This document shows positions 47,401 through 54,182 of a stretch of 64,000 bases of DNA, in pieces (positions within the stretch are counted from its first letter, which is position 1; each line of letters opens with the position of its first letter). Position numbers and translations under genes: made by a program. The notes beneath the pieces were generated by a model. That model saw only the letters and a list, made by a program, of their open reading frames with translations, did not search any database and had not been told where the DNA came from. Origin of the DNA: a virus; IMG/VR virus record IMGVR_UViG_3300010371_000002, positions 1-64,000 of that record; one strand, 5' to 3'.

Positions 47401-47992
47401 CCTGAGTGTCTACAAATGGCTTTGTTGCGTCTTCTGGCGATGAAGCAGATCCCACGGGTGCTGCGGCGGTAAATCCTTCCTGGTAGGCTTCCTGGGCGTT
47501 CTTTTCGATACCGTCGATGGCTTCGGTGATCTCCGAACTCTCGGCGGATGTCACGGCCCCGTAGAGCAACAGCCAGAGCAGAATCAACCCATGGTGCAGG
47601 TTCGCGCTCATCCAGTGCGGCCGCCATGTCCACCCGTCAGGCGCGGAGGAATCGGCGCTGAACTGCCCCGGATGATCCGCTTCGAGCATCTGGCTCCAGA
47701 GTCTGGCGAACCAGGCGCGGCCAGCTTGCCCACCCCAGAGCAGGGCCGACACGTAGCCGGGGCTGTCATGGGGCAGATCGAGGAACCGGCGATTGCGGAG
47801 CCAGAACCGATGCGCCTTGCGTGCCTTGTCAGGGCTGACCGTTCCTCCTGTGGCGATTCGGTGCGCCCATGCGATGGTTCCGGCTTCCAGGCCGTCGCCG
47901 CCATGCCCCGCATCCACCATCCCGGCCCCCGTTCGGCATGCGTCCTGCACGGCTTTCGGTGGCTTGAAGTCGATGTGGACGTAATTGGACAT
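44453..47992 (-). CDS. Head polyprotein: N-terminal domain, MuF-like domain, Zn ribbon, 2H phosphoesterase (Acb1-like), helical domain, Mu gpI-like prohead protease, scaffold
   Basis: SALLWGG; W....ESCRDC...LACHGFRCQC; CTNC..CPKC; HCTV and HVTV; YKLPIAD; PIDLEH...PVSCEW...LTGLALVEHP; acidic coiled-coil C-terminus. Confidence 0.85.
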   Translation of the reverse strand: MSNYVHIDFKPPKAVQDACRTGAGMVDAGHGGDGLEAGTIAWAHRIATGGTVSPDKARKAHRFWLRNRRFLDLPHDSPGYVSALLWGGQAGRAWFARLWSQMLEADHPGQFSADSSAPDGWTWRPHWMSANLHHGLILLWLLLYGAVTSAESSEITEAIDGIEKNAQEAYQEGFTAAAPVGSASSPEDATKPFVDTQADALRLFANAAHISRENADANSAAEQGSDQTSQSQPSPLSDDTVRRRVTLYCNAILSQYWAGLVAGAVESGQSIIWRIGATKESCRDCLEMASLGPMPAEDFAATGLYPQSFDLACHGFRCQCFLEVAPDDSEKASFTDLGSLHIDKPTGEEKPHRYSFACTNCRHEFETEDNVRGRYNVCPKCGAMAARLGASDFRHTFASTQIDLPPALADLVTGFAASIPDADMGEDGREDTPHCTVCYGLHTFDPHAVAAAVKDHGPVTLRFGPTSVFEGKDGRDDVVKFDVHSPDLHALHQKIRSGCDTTVTFPDYRPHVTVAYVKAGQGAKFAGNDSLIGTEHSVDEITFSDARGRRFVIPLKGDAMPQPAHVHFKVGDISLPIAPRDHPWDAGAAAKRVRDHTGSDKEPTGNFGKAFLACAGDPKLFTSYKLPIADIVGGKLTIIPHGAFNAAARLKQTDLPAASRKSAEEDLEKIYKRMADQFHDPEIVAPWLPDDDGDDDSAVMPKGYTGKRKAKMAAFSLTANQGSRFEDGDYVYYPNSFLFEVGDYPDKKFSLNTAEMNQAVQDFAPVPIDLEHVPTMLDGKLGDVIDARTDGKKLFGTVKIPKWLDSQLPEDKPVSCEWDRTSKKLTGLALVEHPRITGAALMAAFNAAEAAGFKSGQSGGPPTTQGKVLMGDTSGYYSNPHQVVHDFACSQGAHCPGKSMFGTPREVEGRADFITPELLREIQKHHDNAAKMGADCDAYMSKLAIGHPLAHQASMTSLPAMMSADRSGKEKKMNVWQTIAAKFKKLPDDATEEQVVAVFAEATKEADAGATTTGGGLSEADKAEFSSLKVELAKLREENVALKTDFSAEQTKQAEQAKAAHFAQNSAWIKSMADEFRITSHEAESLTKKLGEVEPAFFDAHIRPLYQDREPIAALVGFQSTRVPRGTQNGADDAEIITFARDRAKKDNITFGKALEIVSREHPDKAAAYRASAPVAGGK

Positions 47993-47997
47993 GGCAA

Positions 47998-48021
47998 CAA
48001 AAAAGCGCCCTCGGAGGCGCT
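47998..48021 (-). terminator. Terminator-like hairpin directly upstream of the polyprotein start
   Basis: AGCGCC-tccgag-GGCGCT followed by a T-run on the minus strand. Confidence 0.55.
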
Positions 48022-48038
48022 ATCGGGTAGTACAATAG

Positions 48039-48353
48039 ATGCAGTATTGCGAAATGGGGCGAAATTATATGAATGATCGCAACGAAATCACCGGCTTGAA
48101 CACATTGTCACAGCCGTGGAATCAAGTCGGCAGCCGCGCACTCTCCACTGAAGACCTCACTGCCGTACGGGCCAAGATGATCCGTGAGTGGGGAACACCG
48201 AAGCCCGAACCTCATCTCTACGTCCCGGCAAACTGGCAAGAAAGCGAGTACTGGCGGGCCGCTGTTGGGTTCTGGACAAACGACCGTAGCCTTATCAGTG
48301 ATCGATACCTGGAAGCCATTAATCACGTGGTCCACGAGATGCTCATGGGGTGA
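48039..48353 (+). CDS. Hypothetical moron protein (start uncertain)
   Basis: TACAAT at 48031-48036; opposite strand to the late operon. Confidence 0.45.
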   Translation: MQYCEMGRNYMNDRNEITGLNTLSQPWNQVGSRALSTEDLTAVRAKMIREWGTPKPEPHLYVPANWQESEYWRAAVGFWTNDRSLISDRYLEAINHVVHEMLMG

Positions 48354-48364
48354 TACAATCAAGC

Positions 48365-48667
48365 ATGGAAAAGCAAATCACATGGTCCGATTTCGCGGGG
48401 GCAAAATGCGATCCCGTCGGTGACATGCTCTCAATGGCGGAATCGCGCGAGGACGTCGAATATCTACAGCGCATGCTTCTGCGTGAAGACGCGCCCGAGG
48501 AAACCGTCAATCGGTTTGAACAGGCAAAGTCTCAGCTTCCGCAGTTTGGTCCAAGTCCAATCCGTCCGATGATTCATCCGGCGCTGAATGCTCTTGAACT
48601 TGAAGAGGCTGTGCGGGAGTGGATTCGGTCGGGATTGCCGGATCGTCCACGCTCTCAGGCAGACTGA
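48365..48667 (+). CDS. Hypothetical moron protein, probably leaderless
   Basis: TGATACAAT ends 5 nt before ATG 48365. Confidence 0.5.
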   Translation: MEKQITWSDFAGAKCDPVGDMLSMAESREDVEYLQRMLLREDAPEETVNRFEQAKSQLPQFGPSPIRPMIHPALNALELEEAVREWIRSGLPDRPRSQAD

Positions 48668-48923
48668 CGGGTTCCTCATCGAGATCGACGGGTGGCAATT
48701 CGGGGTGTCCTTCGTCGCCCAGGTTCGGGCAGTGGATGCCGTCCGGGACATAGACCCCGCAGTAGGTACACACTCCGTAAATACTGAAGCAATGCGAGCA
48801 GTAGTAGGTGTTGACGATGGGGCTGTCGAACTCGCCGCCTTCGAGTCGTGACTGGTCGTGCTGATACCGGCAACCGCCGCAGTAGACACGATGTCCGTTC
48901 AATTCAAGGAATGGATAGCTCAC
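48507..48923 (-). CDS. Cys-rich hypothetical protein
   Basis: CGGC, CSHC, CTYC; GAAGGAG RBS. Confidence 0.5.
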   Translation of the reverse strand: MSYPFLELNGHRVYCGGCRYQHDQSRLEGGEFDSPIVNTYYCSHCFSIYGVCTYCGVYVPDGIHCPNLGDEGHPELPPVDLDEEPVSLPESVDDPAIPTESTPAQPLQVQEHSAPDESSDGLDLDQTAEAETLPVQTD

Positions 48924-49333
48924 TGCGTCTCTCCTTCCTCAAAGACCTTGAGACCACGGATCGCGTGTATCAAGCCGGAGGGAGTGCGGCCGTCGGGTGA
49001 GCAGAACCGCGAAACCTCTTGGTACTCCGCGTGCGTGGCCAGCGCCCTGGCATTCTCCGTGCTCAGATGCATCTCCGAAGCTTCACGGCCATAGCGGGCC
49101 ATGTAGCCGCGCTTAGCCGCCTTCAGGCTGTCGAACGGTTGAGACTCCTCCCAGTGCCATGTATCGGTATCCGGTATGGCGAAGAAACCTTCCGCACCGG
49201 ACACATACGACCCGATCACACTGGGCTTGAAATACTGGTACTGGTGCGTACTTGTCTCACTCTCGGGTGATGTCGCTTTTTGCTCAATTACGCCGACACA
49301 GCACCGCAATGGACCTGACTTTGGCATGATCAT
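48920..49333 (-). CDS. Hypothetical protein
   Basis: Coupled to the glycosyltransferase gene. Confidence 0.5.
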   Translation of the reverse strand: MIMPKSGPLRCCVGVIEQKATSPESETSTHQYQYFKPSVIGSYVSGAEGFFAIPDTDTWHWEESQPFDSLKAAKRGYMARYGREASEMHLSTENARALATHAEYQEVSRFCSPDGRTPSGLIHAIRGLKVFEEGETQ

Positions 49334-49336
49334 TCC

Positions 49337-50224
49337 TCAATAGGGATACTGGGCGGCGACGTCTTGCATTCGGAGACGGCGGAGCGCGGGCGGCAGGTAG
49401 CCATGGAATCCGCAGACGATGGGCTTTCGGTCATGCGGATCGCAATGCCCGCAGTAGTTCCAGGGATACCGGAGCGTCACAAGCCCCGCTTGATAATCAG
49501 GCTCATCCAGTAATAGCCGCATCATGGCGTCCTGGTCATCGGGAGACCCTTCGTGTTCCATGGCCCGCACGTGCTCGAAATAGCGCAGGCTGTCCGGTGT
49601 GACGCGCACATAGAAGCAGCCAGTCTGCCAGTGGAAGACATCGCCTGCCCAAGGGCAGAACCCGATAATCCGCATCCCGAGCCACGCATGCGTCGGAAGT
49701 GCCGTTCTCAGATCCACCGAGAGATCCGCCACGAATGAGTCGGCGTCGATCCAGAAGATATGCGTGTACCGACCGCTTCGCATGGCCTCCAGAATCAAGT
49801 CGATTCGGAACCATTTCGGGGAATGGTTCTCGCCGGGATCAGCCGCGAGGTATTCGTACCCCTGCCGGTCACAGTACTCGCGGTGCCGCGCTTCATGGTC
49901 CCGCACCATCCCCGCGAACTCACCGGACAGACCGCATGTCAAAAAGAGCGGTTTGGCATCCTGCGCGAAGCTTTCTCTCAGGGTGCCGCGCTCTGCCTGC
50001 TCATCCGGCAAACGATTTTGAGGCTTGGAATCGCCAATTCTTGCAACGGTAAAAGACGTGATTCTCGTGTGCGGGTTATATACTTCGTCCAGAATGCGAG
50101 TTGGGCATCCGGCTCGCTCGTCAAGAATACGTGCGATCAAAGATGGTTCCTTAACGCCCAGCACCAAGATCTCTGCATCGCTCACTTCAATAAGTGTGAT
50201 GGTGGAGTCATATTTATCGGTCAT
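49337..50224 (-). CDS. GT-A glycosyltransferase, GT34 (GMA12/MNN10)-like
   Basis: YCDRQGYEY...SPKWFRI.LI...IFWIDAD (DxD), TGCFYVR, DDQDAM, WN; ATGA overlap. Confidence 0.75.
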   Translation of the reverse strand: MTDKYDSTITLIEVSDAEILVLGVKEPSLIARILDERAGCPTRILDEVYNPHTRITSFTVARIGDSKPQNRLPDEQAERGTLRESFAQDAKPLFLTCGLSGEFAGMVRDHEARHREYCDRQGYEYLAADPGENHSPKWFRIDLILEAMRSGRYTHIFWIDADSFVADLSVDLRTALPTHAWLGMRIIGFCPWAGDVFHWQTGCFYVRVTPDSLRYFEHVRAMEHEGSPDDQDAMMRLLLDEPDYQAGLVTLRYPWNYCGHCDPHDRKPIVCGFHGYLPPALRRLRMQDVAAQYPY

Positions 50225-51150
50225 GCCACGATCCTTGTCACGGACTGAATGAAGGCGCTCAAATCCTGCTCGTACATGACGAGTTCGATATTGGGAACCT
50301 CCAACCAGCGCCGGAAGTAGCTCACCGGCGAGGAAAGCGGCTTGTTGCCGAGCACGCACGCCGGGAGGCTCTGGACCGCGCAGTAATGCGACAGGCCGCT
50401 CGCCGTCGTGATGACGCCAGAACTTTGTTCCGAGAGAGCCATCACCGCCGTCATGCTAGGGGCGCTGTTCACCAGATCAATAATTCTCGGATGTCTGCCT
50501 TTTGGTTCCCAGCCCTGCCCGACAAGCACATACGTCCACGGCGTGTAATTTACGAGGAACGACAGCGCTTGCTCCCAGTGCGGCCAGTGATCCTCGATGG
50601 GCGAGCTGTTGAGCGAAAGCGGATTGACCACAAAGAAGCGATTATCAATTTGCGATGAAACCGATGTGGCCCAGTTCCACGCCGATTGAGGAAGGCGCGC
50701 TCCATTCCACCGGTGGACCGCACGCTGACGCATCCAGGGCTGCGAGGCTCCCATGGTGGTATTCAGGACATGCCCCGTGACCCCTGCTCTTGCCCGCAGT
50801 TCCCTCGTGGGTTCCATGTCCTGATCGAGCGGCGTGTCGGCGATATACCGGCACACGCGCCAGTAATCCGCCCCGTCGCGAGGCTGCACATGAACGACTT
50901 CCCGAACCCCCGATTGAAGTCTCAGGAAACAAGGGATCATGGGATCTCGCGCCCAGCAGAGGATGCCGCCTTCGCCGATCATGGACCGGAACGCGCCGAA
51001 ATCGATCAGGCAATCGCCCCAAGCCCCTACGCACGTACCCCAGCGCAAAGGAGGGGCCGCCGGTCGCCATCGGTGCGGCTTGTCACAGGGCAGCGCGATA
51101 TTCCCGCCACGCCACGGGTCCGAAAAAGTGGTGTCCTCCATCAAAGACAC
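50221..51150 (-). CDS. GT-B glycosyltransferase, GT9 (heptosyltransferase)-like
   Basis: GAWGDCL, NPLS...WPHW, VLVG, IIDLV, VITTASGLSH.C....P.CVL. Confidence 0.7.
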   Translation of the reverse strand: MSLMEDTTFSDPWRGGNIALPCDKPHRWRPAAPPLRWGTCVGAWGDCLIDFGAFRSMIGEGGILCWARDPMIPCFLRLQSGVREVVHVQPRDGADYWRVCRYIADTPLDQDMEPTRELRARAGVTGHVLNTTMGASQPWMRQRAVHRWNGARLPQSAWNWATSVSSQIDNRFFVVNPLSLNSSPIEDHWPHWEQALSFLVNYTPWTYVLVGQGWEPKGRHPRIIDLVNSAPSMTAVMALSEQSSGVITTASGLSHYCAVQSLPACVLGNKPLSSPVSYFRRWLEVPNIELVMYEQDLSAFIQSVTRIVA

Positions 51151-52268
51151 CTCTCAATCGGGACCGCGTACAGAACCGTCTCCCACCCCATATCCTCATA
51201 GCACCGGGCATAGAATCGGTAGTTCTCGCAGACACTTGCCAGAAAGGCTGGAATGGTCCACAGGTCGGATGGGCGGTGATAGAGGCAGCAGGCGATGACG
51301 GGGCGGTCACGGCGGATTGTTTCGACTCCACCCCGAAGCGCTTCGAGCTCGGCACCTTCGATGTCAAGCTTCCAGAGCGATGTGAGGTGGTATCGGCAAA
51401 GCTCATCAATCATCGCCGCCGGAACCTCAATACCCTGGTCGTCAATTCGTGCCGATACTCCCGATCCATTGATCCGCACGGACTTGACTGCCGGGTCACC
51501 GACGAGAGCGCACAAACGCCGTCGGCATTCCGGCAACAATTTCGACTGGATGGCGTTCAGCTTCTCGAAGTTTCCGGGGTTGGCCTCGATGGTGAAGACG
51601 CTAGCCTGGTACATGTCGTACCGCTTGCGGAACTCCAGCATGGTATCGCCGTCATAGGCTCCGCAGTCCAGAAAGCTCTCATCCTCGCGCGGTCGGTACA
51701 GCGTGAAGTCGAAGTAGATATCCTCTGGCAGCGAATACGATGGGCGCGGCTTGTACGTCGCCGTCCGGTCGCTGTAGGTTTTGAAGAAACCGTAGGCGTC
51801 CCGCACGACCTGCCGCGAAGCTTCATCGCTCCACGCATCAAGCCAGGTCTCGGGATGCGGCGGGACGTCGGCCCATGCGGGCAGCTTCAGCGCGTTGAAG
51901 TGCTGCCAGAGCGTCCACCAATGCACGATGCGGTCAGGAGAGACGCCAAGGTCGATAAGTTGCCGCCGCACATCTTCCGCGCCGAGGTGAACGAGGATGA
52001 CGTAGGTGGTACAAGCGGGAACCCAGCCATCATGATGAGGCGCATGGATGACGTGCCCATTGTAACCAACGGCTAAGTCGTGTTTCGCACCATCGTTATC
52101 CATGAAGGCGACGATAGGATATCCTGGGATACCGTCCGGGAAATGTTCCAATAGCTGGCGACAGAGATTGCCGCAGCCTACGATTGCAAGGAAGCCGGAC
52201 GGCGGGATAAGGCACTCCCATTCGGTTTGAGGTGTGGTGGCTTCACAAGGCGCTGTTACTGCTTGCAT
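51141..52268 (-). CDS. FkbM-family SAM-dependent methyltransferase with N-terminal Rossmann-like domain
   Basis: FLDCGAYDGDT, IEANP.NF, KLDIEGAELEAL.G..TI....P......YH. Confidence 0.9.
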   Translation of the reverse strand: MQAVTAPCEATTPQTEWECLIPPSGFLAIVGCGNLCRQLLEHFPDGIPGYPIVAFMDNDGAKHDLAVGYNGHVIHAPHHDGWVPACTTYVILVHLGAEDVRRQLIDLGVSPDRIVHWWTLWQHFNALKLPAWADVPPHPETWLDAWSDEASRQVVRDAYGFFKTYSDRTATYKPRPSYSLPEDIYFDFTLYRPREDESFLDCGAYDGDTMLEFRKRYDMYQASVFTIEANPGNFEKLNAIQSKLLPECRRRLCALVGDPAVKSVRINGSGVSARIDDQGIEVPAAMIDELCRYHLTSLWKLDIEGAELEALRGGVETIRRDRPVIACCLYHRPSDLWTIPAFLASVCENYRFYARCYEDMGWETVLYAVPIERCL

Positions 52269-52912
52269 GTTGCGGCCTCGCTTTTCTGATGGCGTTTCAG
52301 TTCCGCGAAGTCCGCAATAAGCCGTTCAGCGCAAAGGATCGCGGCGTCCCACACCGGCATATCACCGGTATCCGATTGATCCCTGAAACGATACGAGAAA
52401 ACTTGCCTGCTACCATCCGGGTTGCAGAAGGAGGGCGACTGAAACTCCACCTGGACAAAGCCGCGCCCACACGTCTTCGTGCCGGAAAACTGTGCGATGA
52501 CCGGATAAATACATTCGGCCAGATTCTTCTGGGTCCACTCCATCCCCTCCATATCGGCCTTCATGAACCGGTATGGCTTGGTTTCCCATCCGACTTCATT
52601 GGGACCGACGATAAGGACGGAAACGTAAATCGAATCGGGCGATTGATCCACGGGGCAACCGGCTGGGTCCACCTCACGTACGGTCGCTCGAAGCTCCTCC
52701 ATATTGGCATAGACTGACAGGAGCGGGAATGTGGAATGCGACACCGTGACACAGAACGCCTGGCGCTGGAAATTGAACTCCATGCCGACGAATTCGGCAC
52801 CGTCGGGAAGGAACTCTACCGTAACCGCCGCCTTGCCCTGAAGCGCGGTCAGTATCGTCCCCTGTGTCACGTAAAAGCACTTAATACGTCTTTCTTCGAT
52901 TGCTGATGGCAT
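52256..52912 (-). CDS. Hypothetical protein
   Basis: GGGGAGG RBS; LPDGAEFV...QAF.V.VSH.TFP. Confidence 0.55.
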   Translation of the reverse strand: MPSAIEERRIKCFYVTQGTILTALQGKAAVTVEFLPDGAEFVGMEFNFQRQAFCVTVSHSTFPLLSVYANMEELRATVREVDPAGCPVDQSPDSIYVSVLIVGPNEVGWETKPYRFMKADMEGMEWTQKNLAECIYPVIAQFSGTKTCGRGFVQVEFQSPSFCNPDGSRQVFSYRFRDQSDTGDMPVWDAAILCAERLIADFAELKRHQKSEAATCKQ

Positions 52913-53056
52913 CGTTCGCGCCCTCCCCAGAGCGCTCCCACTGGTGTTGCCCCTTTACGTCCAGACAACACAAAGACCCTGAGCATGAGACGGTGGGTAT
53001 CGTCTCACGGCCGTCGCCGCTGCCCAGGGCCAACTGATTCAAAACCGCCCGAGGAA

Positions 53057-53404
53057 TTACCCTACGGAGATCCAGGCATCCACGGTGCCGTTCGTGCCAC
53101 CTGAAAGCGATGTGCAATTTGCACGCACCTGCGAGACTGGCTTATCGACCACAAAGACGATGTCGCCGCTGGCTTGAGGGGTCAGCGTCCATGTCCCGAG
53201 CGTAAACCATTTCGTACCGCCGTCACAGGAGCCTTCCAGTGTCACAACAGCTGTGGTGGGCGGCGTTCCAACCGGCCCAAGCTCCACCTGAAGCCCGAAG
53301 GACACGCAGGTTGTGGAAACGCTCGCCGCCAGTCCCGCCCCGGTCGCAGCCCCGGCAATGATGGAATGGAAGCTCTGGCGAAACGGGAATGTGACGCTAC
53401 TCAT
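53057..53404 (-). CDS. Small beta-sandwich virion protein (possible head spike base/decoration)
   Basis: VTLEGSCDGGTKW...VRANCT; GAGG RBS. Confidence 0.5.
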   Translation of the reverse strand: MSSVTFPFRQSFHSIIAGAATGAGLAASVSTTCVSFGLQVELGPVGTPPTTAVVTLEGSCDGGTKWFTLGTWTLTPQASGDIVFVVDKPVSQVRANCTSLSGGTNGTVDAWISVG

Positions 53405-53436
53405 GGGATAGCCTCAGATCGCAAAGAGGAGGAGGT

Positions 53437-53578
53437 TGGTCAGGATGGGATTCGAACCCATGGCGGTCTGCGTATCGAGTCTTCGGCCTCACACAGCCCG
53501 TCTAGCCGATCAAGCGCGGCTATTCACCGCATATCAACGATAGACCTGAGCAGCGCATAGCGCCTCCGTCACCTGACC
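53437..53578 (-). ncRNA. Oversized tRNA-like RNA (142 nt)
   Basis: Acceptor stem GGTCAGG/CCTGACC with discriminator A, U8, perfect T-arm ATGGG-TTCGAAT-CCCAT; about 110-nt interior with no canonical anticodon loop. Confidence 0.7.
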
Positions 53579-53601
53579 ACTCTCATTGTACCTGCGGACT
53601 G

Positions 53602-54096
53602 TTATGCCGCCATGGGGGCGAGAGCACCCCAGGAGGGCTGCCAGCCTTCGGGGCAGACAAAGGTCTGGTTCGTGTTCGGATCGAGCCAGTGGTTGCGCCG
53701 CTTGTGCGGATCGCGGACAAGGCGGCTAGGGCTGACGCCCGCCGGAAGCGAGAACCCGGGGTTCTCCTTTGTGCCCTGGTACGCTTGAGCCTGCGTGCCG
53801 CCCTCGCGGATCACGTTCACGAGGCGCAGGTTCGCGACCGGAACGCCCTCCGAGAGCGCATATTCGACGGCGAAGCGATCCACCCCGTCATTCACGGCAG
53901 TGGAGGATGAAGCAACGGCACCCCCGCCAGCCAGCGCCTTCTCAACGAGCGCTTCGAGGCGCGTGAGTTTGGCGGCCATCGCGTCGTTCTGCTCGGTGAG
54001 CCTCTCGTTTTCGGCCAAGAGGGCGTCATAGTCACGGTCTTCGGCTTGCGTGGTATCGAGTTCCGACTGTGCGGAAGTTGCAGATTTCGGTGGCAT
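53602..54096 (-). CDS. Hypothetical protein with coiled coil
   Basis: AAGGGGA RBS; follows the portal gene. Confidence 0.65.
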   Translation of the reverse strand: MPPKSATSAQSELDTTQAEDRDYDALLAENERLTEQNDAMAAKLTRLEALVEKALAGGGAVASSSTAVNDGVDRFAVEYALSEGVPVANLRLVNVIREGGTQAQAYQGTKENPGFSLPAGVSPSRLVRDPHKRRNHWLDPNTNQTFVCPEGWQPSWGALAPMAA

Positions 54097-54182
54097 GGAG
54101 AATTCCCCTTCAGGATGGTTTGAGGCTGGAAAAATGCGCCAGCCACGCGAATGATCGTGAATAGCATCGCGTCAAATTAATG

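Noticed and set aside
50790-52076. 428-aa plus-strand ORF
   Set aside because: Shadow of the FkbM and GT9-like genes.
53437-53578. Canonical tRNA, tmRNA or attP call
   Set aside because: No 7-nt anticodon loop with U33 on a 5-bp stem, no alanine identity pair or tag ORF, and no integrase nearby.
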